A stretch of 60,591 nucleotides of DNA, filler included, from Dugesia japonica (GCA_001938525.1; 5 parts of 5 records of this genome joined end to end with filler, not necessarily neighbours in it), one strand, 5' to 3'. Positions 1-12,885 are shown, counted from the whole stretch's first letter. Made by a program: numbers and translations. Notes: generated by a model from the letters alone, not told the origin.

Positions 1-1084
1 TTTTTAGTCTCAATTACAACTTTTGATTATCCATTCTAAAAATATGGTTCACGTCGAACGATGTTTAGTTGTGTTTTTATATAATTATAAGATCCATAAA
101 GTTATGAAATTTTAGAAAATTTATAGTGATTAAAAAATTATGTATTTCATTTAATTTGGTACCACTTGTCGGTAGCCGAATAGAATATTTATATCAAAAC
201 TATTGATTAAATTAAAGAATAAATCTAGAGAAATTATTATTTATAATCAAATTTTGGAACTAAAAATCCGAGAAAAAGCGCAATTACCAAAATGAACTGA
301 AAATAAATGTATGATAATTGTATGTGTGAAGTGCCAAAAATTGCTATCAATTCATTTTAAAAAATTCTTTGAAATTGGTAAAATTATTTTTTTCATTATT
401 AAAAATCATAGAATATTCGAGTGCAGGGTTGTTCAATTTTTCTGGGTTTGTGCATCACATTTGGCAAGGAAAGTATGTTGTGGGCATCAATTCACATTTT
501 TTAATTACACTAAATCAGACTCGTACGTGTAAATTTTCTTTATACTTATTATAAAGCACATCGATTTAATATTTCAAAGCTTAAAAATATTAATAAATGT
601 GGATTTTGAGAAGGATATTTGAATTGTTTAATTTCAAACTTGTATGCATAATTAAAATCTTGACCAAAATTTTGAAATTTTAAATATTTGGAAAAAATTA
701 TGAAAATGACTATTCACATATTTGTTTGAATACTTAAACTTTTCAAATTAAATTTCCTATTTCAGACAAACAATTAGAAACATTGTTTTAAATAATTACA
801 TTGCAATTGTGATGGTTTTCTTGCTAATATGTATAATAATAGACTCTTAGATTTCAAATTTAAATTGATTTTATTTTAATATTAGTTGTATATACAGAAG
901 AATTGAAAGAAAGATTAAGTAAAATTGAAATTACATGTATAAATATATAAATAGTATTTAATTTCATACTTAAATAAAATTACGGAAAACATATTTTATC
1001 AAAGTAACTCAATAGATGCATAAACATTCATTTTATAATTTTTTTCTGGAAAGTACCACGGGCTAGACTTTCGATAACCCNGCT

Positions 1085-1390
1085 TTAATGTCTATTCTAC
1101 AAATCTAAGAACTTCCTTGTTGAAAAGTCTTCTGATGAATTGTTCACTCAGTGCTGCCGCAAAGGAATGGTCAAGTTTTCAAAGCCCTTTGACATTTACG
1201 GAAACAAGTTTGCTTATCCAACCTTCCTTGAAGATCTCATGAGTAATTTCAACAATCCAAACTAAAAGAGATTCCGAGGTCATATTCGATCTATTAATCA
1301 CGCAATGCCATTGGAATCAATGGGTGTTGACATTGTGGGTTTACCAGGATGCAAACATTACGTTTCAAAGTCAACGGTCAGATGTATAAC
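1085..1390 (+). mobile_element. Helitron Rep/Hel N-terminal region, pseudogene fragment
   Basis: Manual translation ELFTQCCRKGMVKF...YPTFLEDLM...RFRGHIRSINHAMPLESMGVD...FKVNGQMY matches the Helitron N-terminal pattern CCxxGxV / FxxNIRxYNxAxxFxSMG / FxxxGQxY; frameshifted. Confidence 0.75.
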
Positions 1391-1399
1391 AAAAATATT

Positions 1400-1810
1400 A
1401 TGGGAATTCTGTCAAATTGCTCCATATTGAAAGCAATCATCGCCTTCTTTAGAGTAACAATTTTTTATATTGGAATTTTTAACTTCTTTTTGAAGTCTCC
1501 AAGAACCGAGACATCTTACTATTGTGTAGGGATTACAACAAACAATGTCTTTATAAGTAACGTTATTCAAGTTAAATCTACTGTTAAACATAAATTTTAG
1601 GATTTCAATAATTTCTTCTTGATCAATTGAATTAAACATAAATTTTGATTCACAAAAATTTGTGGTAGATCATCCCACTGAGTATCTGTTGGTTTAACAG
1701 ATTTCATCTTGAAAAAATTCTTCAAATCTTCTCTACAAGAGAAGGTAAATTTGGCTAGTTCAAACACTGATTTGGGTGAATGTTTAAACTTTTTTAAAAA
1801 GCAAATTAAA
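1400..1810 (-). pseudogene. Probable Polinton protein-primed DNA polymerase B N-terminal fragment
   Basis: ORF 1412-1639 NPYTIVRCLGSWRLQKEVKNSNIKNCYSKEGDDCFQYGAI resembles the pPolB N-terminal pattern YxPLxGSxxxLP...INxKNxDxxCFxY; no catalytic motifs seen. Confidence 0.4.
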
Positions 1811-1859
1811 ATTTGCTCTTTGTTATTGAATCAAATGATCCACAATTGGTAGCTGAGTA

Positions 1860-2228
1860 TCTTTCTCAAAGTACAATCACTGCGCGAATTATTTCCGAGT
1901 GCATCTGCAGTAATGTAGTCATAATTTCTCGAATTATTCTCGTCCCTTCTAACACTACTTTGTCATTTTCTGCGACGACGTCAATTCCCGGTTATTCCAG
2001 CGTTCTGCATAACCATAAAAAAATACTAAGGTCAAACTTATGACATAGTGAGAATTGACCTGCAGCTTCCGGTATTTTGTCAAAGCCAACTTTATGTCGC
2101 TTTTTCACGTGCCAGCAACAGCGACAATATTAAAGTGAAAATTTAACAATCACGTGAGTAAATCTAGTTGCTGAAAAACAACCAAGAACTCACTCGAAAT
2201 GTTGTCTATAACTAAGTATTACGCATGT
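1860..2228 (+). mobile_element. Helitron Pif1-like helicase C-terminus, pseudogene fragment
   Basis: ISRIILVPSNTTLSF..RRQFPVIPAFCITIKKY*GQTYDIVRIDLQLPVFCQSQLYVAFSRA...TRNVVYN*VL, the typical Helitron helicase end (QFP..AFAxTINKxQGQT..GQLYVAxSR..TxNxVY). Confidence 0.85.
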
Positions 2229-2784
2229 AAATTGAATTAAAATTTCGATAAAATTATCAAAACGAGGGCACACGGGAAGTAGCTGATGTCGAAGAAAATC
2301 AACAAATGACGGTGAACATGATCAAGCAACTTCCTAGAAAAATTGCTTTGCAAAATAAGGCTGGAGGTTGATGGAAAACTTAAAATTGATGAGGTCTGTT
2401 GGACTACAAAATGAAACAGAGCATGTAGAACACACTGATGTCTAGCAAAAAATGATCTCTCAAGCAAGTATCAAGTAAAGAAATGAAAAAGACAAAAAAT
2501 GACTTTACTAAAACGCTGATAGTTGGTGGGAACTCTTTTATCAGACCTCATTTGAATGCTACATTGACGGTAAGTAGGTATCTTTATATCTTTTCTTTTC
2601 AATGAATATGATGACACACATTCTTTGATCACGGGTTTGTCGTACATAAGCTATCTATTTATTAATTTTAATGATGATAGTGATGATAGCAGTAGTAGCA
2701 TTGGTAATGAAGTTTGAAAAATTAATAATTATAGATATTTTAAATTTAAAATATCTAAATCTGAAATTGTATTGCACTTCTTAC

Positions 2785-2997
2785 TTCTGGCATTCGATTG
2801 ATATCACACGTATCTTTAATGTATTGCAGTATTGCTTTACCAAGTGGATGTTCAGATGAAGATTCTGCTGCTCCCAACATTAGAAGAATACTATTTCGAA
2901 TTTGACTAGTAACATTTTCAGCACAAATAAAGAAACTGGTAACTGACGGTTTACCCATTGTGATAGTTCCAGTTTTATCGAAAACAATAACGTCTAG
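2785..2997 (-). CDS. ATP7: Copper-transporting P1B ATPase exon (P and N domain)
   Basis: LDVIVFDKTGTITMGKPSV...AAESSSEHPLGKAI; acceptor TTTAG ending at 2998, probable donor GTAAGA at 2784. Confidence 0.92.
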
Positions 2998-3048
2998 CTA
3001 AATGAAATAACAATTGATTTATGAATTTTATCAAAATGTTATTTATAC

Positions 3049-3237
3049 TTGATGCATTTTTTCTAACGGAACACCTCCTTTTATTAAAATACCGTTGATA
3101 GCTCCCACNNNNNNNNNNNNNNNNNNNNNNNNNNNNNNNNNNNNNCCAAGAGCACAAGGACAAGCAACACTTAATACAGTAATAGATAGTTGAAACGCAA
3201 ATTTCCAGATTAATTCAGTGTTTTGTAAACTTGTAGA
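3049..3237 (-). CDS. ATP7: Copper-transporting P1B ATPase exon (CPC transmembrane motif), contains a 37-N gap
   Basis: [31 protein letters not shown][N37]-VGAINGILIKGGVPLEKMHQ; flanked by 43-nt and 51-nt GT-AG phase-0 introns. Confidence 0.93.
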
Positions 3238-3280
3238 CTATAATAAATCATGATGTAATTATTGAAATATTATGAATTAC

Positions 3281-3412
3281 GTTATATCCTGGTAAAACGT
3301 TTGGATGAGTATATCCTATTGCAATCCAAATCGACAATGTCATAAGAGAACAAATAATAATACCAGGAACAAAGAAACTAGCAATTTTATCGGCTAGTTC
3401 TTGTATAGGTGC
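3281..3412 (-). CDS. ATP7: Copper-transporting P1B ATPase exon (transmembrane segment after the actuator domain)
   Basis: APIQELADKIASFFVPGIIICSLMTLSIWIAIGYTHPNVLPGYN; AG acceptor at 3413, GT donor at 3280. Confidence 0.92.
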
Positions 3413-3589
3413 CTTTTAATAGAAATAATTTATTGATAATAAAGTCTAATATAACAATAACTTTATTAAAATTATTATAGAAAGAAACTTTTGACCAAAG
3501 CTTTTAATAATAAGATTCGGGTATACTAGAGCAAAAGAATTTTGACCAATATGACTACGAGGAGGCATCATTCTCCTCGTTAGTATAGT

Positions 3590-4080
3590 ATTGTTAAATG
3601 AGTTTGAAGTACTCATCGGATAATTAATGTCAACACTCATTTCCATAAAATAGTTATTTACAAAACAAAACTATAACCATCCGTATTTATAGTTTAAAAC
3701 TAAGTGTTTTAATTGGAAATCATTTTTTAATTTATTAAAATTTAAGATAAAATTTTTACTTTATTATTAAATTTTCAATTAAAATATTTACGAATTTTTA
3801 ATCAAAAAATCATTTATTATTTAATTTACAATTTAAATATTTCAAAAACTTTAAATAAAATATTCATTTCTTAAAATCTACAATAAATTGTGTATGAAAA
3901 TTTTAAACTAATCCTTAAACTATTCATAATTTTTATACAAAAATTTTAATTTATTTTACTTTAATTTTTTATTTAATTTCTAACTTTCAATTTTTAAAAA
4001 AAAATTTAAAGAAAATTATTTCTAACCACACACCAAAATTTCAACTCACTTTTCAAAACACACTCACAAGTATAATACCT
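3590..4080 (-). repeat. Dispersed AT-rich repeat family member inside an ATP7 intron (related copies ~11180-11712 -, ~15450-15810 +, ~46660-46800 -)
   Basis: Shared motif ATGGA..TT(G/A)A(C/T)(A/G)TTAAT(T/G)ATCC(G/T)ATGAGT..TCAAA; the TGTGAGT(G/A)TGTTTTGAA..GAGTTGAAATTTT motif occurs in the first three copies. Confidence 0.6.
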
Positions 4081-4324
4081 TGTATAGCAAAAATATAATA
4101 AAAATAAAATATTTTACTTAGTCTTAGCACTTTGAAATATCAACCATACTTTTCTATACTAATAAATTCTTTCATCGTTTCATTTATGATTTCATTTATC
4201 GTTATCATTATATCATAATAAAGTATATTAAATCTTTTTATATCGATTTAGTAAATACATTAAAATATAATTAATATATTTAAGTAAATATATTTTTTCG
4301 AGGCTTTGTGTCTGAAACTCCCAA

Positions 4325-4386
<62 letters not shown>
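4325..4386. repeat. (ATT)n microsatellite abutting an N gap; similar tracts at 24028-24200, 28190-28232, 45982-46039, 46493-46645, 48443-48619
   Basis: Direct reading of ATT/AAT trinucleotide runs. Confidence 0.95.
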
Positions 4387-4625
4387 NNNNNNNNNNNNNN
4401 NNNNNNNNNNNNNNNNNNNNNNNNNNNNNNNNNNNNNNNNNNNNNNNNNNNNNNNNNNNNNNNNNNNNNNNNNNNNNNNNNNNNNNNNNNNNNNNNNNNN
4501 NNNNNNNNNNNNNNNNNNNNNNNNNNNNNNNNNNNNNNNNNNNNNNNNNNNNNNNNNNNNNNNNNNNNNNNNNNNNNNNNNNNNNNNNNNNNNNNNNNNN
4601 NNNNNNNNNNNNNNNNNNNNNNNNN

Positions 4626-4749
4626 TTAGATGTTTGAGCCTCTTCCACCAATTTAACAATTTGGTTAAGTGCCGAATCTTCGCCTACCAGAGTTGCTCGA
4701 ATAATCAACATTCCAGAAATGTTTATAGTCCCACCAATGACATCAGAAC
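4626..4749 (-). CDS. ATP7: Copper-transporting P1B ATPase exon (end of actuator domain), 3' end runs into an N gap
   Basis: (G)[40 protein letters not shown](K), close to the ATP7A/B segment ending [13 protein letters not shown]; acceptor TTTAAG at 4750. Confidence 0.92.
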
Positions 4750-6429
4750 CTTAAATAAAAGTGACTTTATTAACTAAATTCTATTTTAAATAAACAATTA
4801 ATTAAAATATATATTCATCACAAATTACACGTACGGCTTCTATTATATTCAAGATAGAAAATTCAGCTTAAAACATTTCTTATACGTCTCTGTAAAATCC
4901 AGAAACAAAACATATCAAAAGAACGATAATTATCATTGTATAAAACACGTTATTATGTTAAGGTTACAGACATTATAAAGCAATAGATACATATATCAGA
5001 AAGCAATAAACATACATATATATACATAGCATATAAAATATATAAAAGAATCAAATCAATATCCTCAATCTCCAGATATAAACTCGTTGATCATCAAAAG
5101 TTACCATTTATTTTCAAGATCAAAGTATCCAATTATTCTCAATATCAAGTTATCCTCAACAACATCCCTTAGACAATTATATGTTTTAGACTTCATTTAC
5201 ATTGATCATTATCCCTGTTTTGGACTTTATTACTTTTTATTTTTATTTTGATATCTGCTTGATATAAATTAATCAATGTTTATTTATTATAAATTAATAA
5301 CAACAGTTGTTGAGCAGTATGGTAATCGATTGTAAAGGTGCTGTGCAAATTAGTAAATATGGAAAATTTGTGGAAAATTTATTGATTTTTATTTTTTAAT
5401 TCATTTTCTGTTTCAATAATTTGTATAGTAAATATGGAAAGTATTGATTTTATTTCTTAATTTATGGTTAATATGAATTTTTATTCTTAATGAAATTTTA
5501 TTTTGTGAATAATTTTATTGATTAAGGTAAGAAAATTTTATTTTTCTGTAAATTGTGTAAATTTGAATGCGAGTGAAATACGAGATTTAAAATAAGCCTA
5601 TAAGGTCTATAAGTTTTATAGCATACTGTATCATTTTTATATACCAAAAATAAATTGTAAAAGGTATATTATTTTTCTTTTTTATTTATATAAGGCAAAT
5701 ATATTATATCACCATATTTATAATTTTGATAAAATATCTTTATTATAATATCGTATCGACATATAAAGGGCAAAATAAACACCCGTAAATTCACAGCCAT
5801 ACTATCTATCAGTAGTTATAAAATAAAGTAGATANACCCAACAATTATACATTACGTGGTTCCTTATTAATAAAAATAATTTATTTACAGCATGCGTCGA
5901 CTTCATTTAAAAGATATATTTACAAAGAATAAATTTTTATCAAGTACAATAGAACTGTCAAAAGGTAAGAAAATAAACCTATGAAAAAATAAGTCAAATA
6001 TCCAGAAAACTCGAATGTATCTAAGAATATATTGGCTTGCTTAGTTTATGAACAAATTGTNNNNNNNNNNNNNNNNNNNNNNNNNNNNNNNNNNNNNNNN
6101 NNNNNNNNNNNNNNNNNNNTGACGTACTGAATGGTCAGTTACGAATGGATAAAATTGAAAGCCTGAAAACAGTGAGACTGAATTTAATAAATAATAATAA
6201 TATTTTTATTATTCATTTTAAATTAAAGCTTTGGTCGAAATTTTTGTTTTAAATAAATTCTGAAAAACAATTAATGGTTACGTCCAACTATTATTCTCGC
6301 AATAATTGAAATTGTAAAACAACATTTTTATTATTTAAAAGTAAAGTACTAATCTTGAATTTTAATTAATATAATGCAGACATAATCAACTTTTATTGGC
6401 TGGTTAAGATTTTGAAGATGTTGTCGAGG

Positions 6430-8026
6430 GTCAATCAAAAAGTTCAATAATCATTTTTTAACTTAAATACAATATATGTAAAGAAATCGTTGGGACTCAG
6501 AACAAGACTGTACGGAGGATGATCCAATAACTCGATGTTTTGAGAACCTAAAAATTCGGTGGCCATTCAAGCGGTATGTGAGCTGGCATTATCATGGTGA
6601 AGGATAGTCTTTCGTCTCCTGTTTGTTTTTTGGAGTACTGAAAATAATTCTGGCAAACAAACTGTTGTATACTAATGCGCAGTCACTGTATTTTGATTGT
6701 GGTGCACTGGCACAATTTGGGGGAACCACCCTCTAGGAGGGGCTTGGAAACTGCTTACGAATGTGCCAAAATTTTTGTGTTAGTTTATTTTTTCTAAGAT
6801 TTTTGGGATTTAAATTTTTTTTATCGGATCAAATTTTTTTTTGATCAAAGTAGGTCAAGTTGATGTGGTGTGTGTGAGTATGTGTGTGAAAGAAGGAATT
6901 TCGACTAGAGTGAGAGCTGGAGATCTTGGAAATAATTTTTTGGAGGTTTTTAAGATTTGTTTGTGGTTGGACAAAAATTTGGTCTATATATTGTCTAAAG
7001 AACTTATTAGGTTGAATTGATGGTTTTTCCTAGAAGGATAGTGGCCACTGGCACAATTGTATGAGTTATCGTGGGGCGTTTTTTGACTGTTAATAGGTTT
7101 GTTGGTAGTTGATGGGTTTTTTTTGGGGGAATTGTTGTTGGAAAAGCAATGTGATGGGGAAGATTTTGAATGTCGATTATGCTTTAATTTCTGATTGGTT
7201 GTGGTTGAATTTGATTGGTTGATATTTTTAAGTAGTATAAGTGTCTTAAAAACTTTTGGGAGGTGGAAATGTTATGAGTGGAAAGAGAATTAATTATCGG
7301 ATTTTATAAGATTTATTTGGAATTTTTCTGGCGGGATTGTATGACAAAGGTTCACAATCTTCTTTGACGCACTACGGGAACGGATAACTTTTGTTAGATT
7401 ACCATGATTTTGAAAAACCCAAACAGAAGATTGAAGTTTATTCTAAGGCTCGTAGTAATAAATCCAAGATTCGTTACTATCCACAATGCTGTAGACATTT
7501 TTGTGCTTCCGTTGTTAAACCTGGTCAAAGTTTTTCGGCACCAATTGACACGAACCATTTTTTGTACATTGGTTAGCAGATGTGGAATCCAATGGGAAAC
7601 TAGTATTCTTAAACCTAATTCTTTATGCAGGACTTTTTACAAAGTTCTTTGATATTCCCAAGTAAAACTCCATCTTACGATATGTCGCAAGTCGATCTTC
7701 TTTGATTAGCTGACGCAGAGCATCAATATTTTCTTGGATGACTACTAAGACATACAAAAACATAAATCATCTCGGATGGACGTTGTTCTTGAGATAATCC
7801 TCTTCGATAATGATAGAAAATTATTAACTGAAAATTTTCTTTGCTTAAATACATTTTTCTGTTCATTGGGATTTTAAAATAAACACTACTAATAAATTAA
7901 TTGATATACTTAAACAAAATATTAAATATCAATTACTTATATATTGGCGTCTGTTTTACATTCTAAAATTTTATTATCGGAGTTTTATATTCAGCCATAT
8001 GCAGAACTTAAAAGACAGCCCACGTA
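6430..8026 (-). mobile_element. Decayed mariner transposon split by a ~640-bp insertion (~6710-7345)
   Basis: 7350-7750: NESWIYYYEP*NKLQSSVWVFQ..TKVIRSRS; 6470-6700: ILHHDNASSHTA..LLDHPPYSLVLSPNDFF; mariner-like end TA-CGTGGGCTGTC at 8014-8026. Confidence 0.85.
6710..7345 (+). repeat. G/T-skewed repeat inserted in the mariner, related to the 9365-9790 family
   Basis: Shares ATCGGATCAAA and GATGTGGTGTGTGTGAGT motifs and strong G/T skew with 9365-9790. Confidence 0.55.
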
Positions 8027-8239
8027 TTAACTAAAATTCCAATTCAAGATAAAAACTGTACTTTTGAATAATAAAAATATCATTATTTACCAAATCCAGT
8101 TTATTAATTTTACCATACTATCTAAATTCTAAATCAAATATCAATGATATCGTTGTACTGTTGTGATACTTGACACTTTTTATCGTGGCACAGTTCATAA
8201 ATGTTTGCCTTGATATATGATGTTTTCATATGAAATTAA

Positions 8240-8930
8240 TTTGAAAGATTGTCATTAGTCAACTCACACTTGCTTTAGCTTTTTTGAATTTTATTTTTGA
8301 AAAAAACTGTTTAGATTTTTAGGTACTAGGAAAAAATGACTTTATTTTTTCTGTAATTACATCCAAATAATGAAACTTTGATTGAGAAACCTAAACTTTG
8401 TAAAACCAATCCAAAAATACTTCATAATGGTTTCTTTGGATATCACTATTACACTGAAGTTTAATCAGTTCCATTTGAATTGAGTTATGTGCTAACATTG
8501 CATTACAATTGAATGGATCTGAAAATAATTTGAAGTCATATTCATGAGTAATAAACCTTGAACTGAACTCTGTTTACAGAAAGGAAACTTGTTTAGTATG
8601 ATTATTAATCTTCTAGAACCAACTATAAGTACGTGATGATAACTTGGACCAATTTATGGAGTGATTTATCAAGAAAATCAATAAAATGTTTTTTTTATTT
8701 GGGGTATGCAAAAGTATCTATTGTTTCAAGCGAAAATATTTTATTAATATTATGTGATCAAAATATTTCCCCCATTAGTTCACACTTTTTGCAATTTTTC
8801 ATGCAAAATATGGATACTCTGATGAAAAAAGTCTTTGCTCTTAGATCAATAAATTTCTGCACTTCTTCAGCATTGCAAAATCGTCTATCAGAAAAACTGT
8901 GTTGCATGGAATGAAATAAGTGAAAGTAAG
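8240..8930 (-). mobile_element. hAT (Charlie/GTF2IRD2-like) transposase C-terminal fragment
   Basis: EYDFKLFSDPFNCNAMLAHNSIQMELIKLQCNSD...FPST...EQFFSKIKF, matching the hAT dimerization region; many stops. Confidence 0.65.
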
Positions 8931-9364
8931 ATTTGAAAAATACACAATGTTTACTTTTAATATCTCAGTTCCTCATCATTTAAGTTTGGCTTGAAAAACT
9001 TTGACATGTTAATAAAAATTATTTACTTACTGATCTTAATCTTATAATGCGGTATTAAGATTATTCAGATGAGTTGTGATATTAAACTAGAAAACTAAAT
9101 CAAAAATCCTAGTGGCATTCAATAAATCGTTAAAAACCTCTTTTATCTCCATGAAAAGCCAAATTTCGTGATGAAAATTGTAAAATAGATCTAAAACCTT
9201 CCCTCTATTTAGCCAGCAAACCTCTTTGTAATAAATGACATTCGAGTATTTAGCTTACATAAGTAGATATATGTAGGCGCATTAGATGACCCCATTCTGC
9301 AGAAATGGGTAACTGATCTAAAAAACTGTGTCATATATTATCGTGGATGTATTGATTAAAGAAT

Positions 9365-9790
9365 TTTGATCGGATCAAAATTGAAAATATTTGGATAAAG
9401 GTTGTGTAGGGATGTGGTGTGTGTGAGTGTGTGTTGAAAAAACGAAAGACAATTAAAAAATGTGTATGTGTGTGTATTTTTGGGCTTTTGATGATGGATT
9501 TGTTTTGATTCTTGAAAGTTCTGTATATGTTGCCAAAGGTAACTTAGGGTGAAAATGGGTCAAGGGGTTCCAAAATTGTGAGCGCATTAGATCAGAATGA
9601 TGGGTTATCGCGAGTTTGGGGTAAAAGTGGGTATAGAATGTTGAGATTTTATTCGATTTGTATGAGAGTTGGTTTGTTTGAAAGAGGGTAGGTTGAAAAA
9701 TGTGACGGTGTTTTGAGGTTATTGATTTTTTGGGTTATTGATTAATTTTTTAGAGGGCTTGGGTTTGATGGTTAGTAAGTAATGTGGAAG
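9365..9790 (+). repeat. Left arm of a ~400-bp near-identical inverted repeat (partner 12292-12865)
   Basis: 9388-9790 is the reverse complement of 12292-12698 with few mismatches; 9365-9385 pairs with ~12843-12865. Confidence 0.9.
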
Positions 9791-10279
9791 CGAAAAGAAA
9801 ACCTCTCAGCAATCGAAATGGAACAAGAGAAGATTTCGGATTTTCATAATCACAAGATTTATTTTCTCAATATTTCAATCATTTATGACTTTAAAGTAGT
9901 TTTTTTATTTATTATTTTATAAATTAACTTTGATTTTAGAAACTTGTTATGATCAAACACTCAAAATTTAGTCTGCTACTATCGGGAATACATGACAAAG
10001 ATAAAAGCATATTAGAAGCCTTTTTCTCAAGATTTAATCGGGAAATTGAAATTAATGAAGCAATTTTCATTAATTTAAAGGAAAGAGATGAGAAAAATTA
10101 TGATACGAAGACTGGATGGATGTTCCAGGTAGAGATCAAGGGCTATAAGTAGTCAATCAATTTAACTAGTATCATTTGGAAAATTAAAAACAATAAACAG
10201 AAGACTTAAATTTGATGTTTATTATTTATTTGATGTTTATTTTGTTGTTTTTAAAAAATAAATCTCTTTAGACCAATAC

Positions 10280-10386
10280 TTTGAAAAACAAATTTAAACA
10301 AAGTTTATTTTCAATTGCAAAGATCAAAACGATATTATTTTGATCTTTGCAATTGAAAATAAATTTTTTTTAAATTTGTTTTTCAA
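10280..10386. repeat. Palindrome/hairpin with ~50-bp arms
   Basis: TTGAAAAACAAATTTAAA..TTTATTTTCAATTGCAAAGATCAAAA-loop-TTTTGATCTTTGCAATTGAAAATAAA..TTTAAATTTGTTTTTCAA. Confidence 0.85.
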
Positions 10387-12291
10387 AAAAATTGTTTAAA
10401 ACACACATCAATGGTAAAGTTGAATTTCATGAAATTGAAAATTTTAAAATGAAAGTTTGAAGATTGAAAAGTGTTACATTCTTATTGTTGACACGCTATC
10501 TTTATTGAGAATATTTTCTGTCATTTGGAATTTTAAAAGTTATTAATTTACTGAACCAACTGCTTATATACTAGTTCGAATACATACATATTCATTATTT
10601 GTTACTTTCTATTGATCGTTACCTCTTTTAAAAGATATGATTGGTTATTGTTTTTATGATTGGTTATTATTAGTTTTAATTGATATGATTGAATATCTAA
10701 ATTATATACATATGATATGATTTTCAAAATAAATTAATTTTTAAAAAATGCCGAACTTCGAAAATTACTTCGAAACTGCTGTTAGATCAAGAAATATATT
10801 TCAAAATCAATATATTGCAAAATTAATGGAATATGTGGATAAAGGAAAAATTAATGAAGAAATAATGGAAGATGAAGAACAAACAGCGGATAATCTAAAG
10901 ATGGAAGTGACTTGTAATTGCAATCACAAGGAACAAATGGAAGACAAACAGGAACCAAATGAAGATAGGTATCAATGAAAAAAGTTTATTGAAGAAGCAA
11001 TAGATAATTTTAAACGTAAGGAACTTATTTAATGTATATTTATTTCTTTTATTTTAGTATCAGCAAGATAGATAGTCAACGAAAAATGTCAACACTTTGT
11101 AGAAGAATCCAAGAATTGGAATTCTGACTATTATTGGGATAATGTTTTGCCCAGAACATGTCAAGACTTTGATCTCATTGTTAGATGGGTTTTGAGAATT
11201 CATCGGATTATCAACATCAAAATTCAAATACATAAAATTTATTTCAAATAAAAACTTTAACATCATTATTTGTTTAATCAAACAAATTAAAACCCATGCT
11301 TCAATTGGAAATTATTTTCTAATAAATTTAGAATTAAAACTTAATTTAAAATACTTCGAAAATTTAAGAAAATAATTATCTGTTATCGAAATTTCATTTA
11401 AAACTTTCACAAAATTTTAAAACAAAACATCATTTGTTACTAAAATATTTAATTTTTATTTTTGCAAATTTTGAAACAAACCATTATTCACTATATAAAT
11501 ATTTAATTTTCAATTTTAAAAATATTTGTATATAACAAATATTTTAATAAATCTTCAACTACACATAATGTTCGTACCAAAACTTTAATTTAATTTATTT
11601 TAATTTCTTGATTAATTTGTGACTTCCAATTTTTAAATTAGAGATTTTAAAAAAATAATTCCCAATCAAAGCACAAAAATTTCAACTCGCTTCAAAACCA
11701 CTCACACTCATAATGGAAGATTTTATTTTGGAACTTCTATTCGATTTCCCATCCAACAAAAACAGAGATCCAAACGATATCTTGAAAGAAAATATACTCA
11801 AGATGTCAGATGACTTTAGAATTAATCTTGTATTTGTTATGAAAAATAAATTTTATTTGGATAAATGTCTTATTTTTATTTTATTTTAATTAATTGCGAA
11901 GATATTTTAATAAAAAATAATTTTTTAATTATTAAGTAAATATAATTACAATAGCGATGCAACCCATTGAAACACAGCTGCAACACACAGTCACATAAAA
12001 ATCACGTGCCTGGGAATTTTTTAAACTACCCAAACCACTGGACTTTACGTATAACTCATTTTTGCAACACGAAAGCTGAACCACTACAACATATTCCCTT
12101 TAGAAACTTAGACTGCCCAAACTTTCAACCTCAAGACTGTCCAAAGAAAAAGCATATAGACCCCACGAACAATATTCTTAAAAAATTCTTCCCACCTTAA
12201 AAAAACCTTATAAACCATACTTTTTCCAACTTTTCATTCTCTGTTTTACACTTTTAAGATAAAAAACTTCGCATAAAAATTATTTTTACCA

Positions 12292-12885
12292 CTTCCACAT
12301 TATTTACTACCATAAATCTCAAGCCCTCTAAAAAATTAATCAATAACCCAAAAAATCAATAACCTCAAAACACCGTCACATTCTTCAACCTACCCTCTTT
12401 CAAACAAACCAACTCTCATACAAATCGAATAAAATCTCAACATTCTATACCCACTTTTACCCCAAACTCGCGATAACCCATCATTCTGATCTAATGCGCT
12501 CACAATTTTGGAACCCCTTGACCCATTTTCACCCTAANTTACCTTTGGTAACATATACAGAACTTTCAAGAATCAGAACAAATCCATCATCAAACACCCA
12601 AAAATACAAATACACACATACATAATTTTTTAATTGTCTTTCGTTTTTTCAACACACACTCACAAACACCACATCCCCACACAACCTTTACCCAAATATA
12701 CTCTCTCAAAACCCATCCCCAATACCCACAATACACGAAAAAATATTTCCCGCCAAAATTTTTAAAATAATTCAAAATAAATTAAACAAAATTTTAAATT
12801 CCCACAAAAATCACATTTGAATTTTAAACCACTCAAAAAAAAATTTCAATTTTGATCCGATCAAATATCCGATCAATACATCGAC
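12292..12885 (-). repeat. Right arm of the inverted repeat (partner 9365-9790)
   Basis: Reverse complement of 9365-9790, with an extra ~145-bp segment. Confidence 0.9.

Noticed and set aside
4228-4711. Long ORFs with poly-X and poly-N/I/L/Y (also 35597-35911, 45659-46054, 46481-46678, 48408-48636)
   Set aside because: Artefacts of N gaps and AAT microsatellites; only 4626-4749 is real coding sequence
4956-5161. Solo LTR (TGTTAAGG...CCTCAACA)
   Set aside because: Termini fit but there is no target-site duplication, PBS or PPT, and no second copy in the window
8091-8121. Candidate upstream ATP7 micro-exon (AG...GT flanks)
   Set aside because: The required phase contains a stop and there is no TGE/MPV similarity
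10748-10978. Acidic 76-aa ORF
   Set aside because: No recognisable domain, lies within repeat DNA, and cannot be supported as a gene
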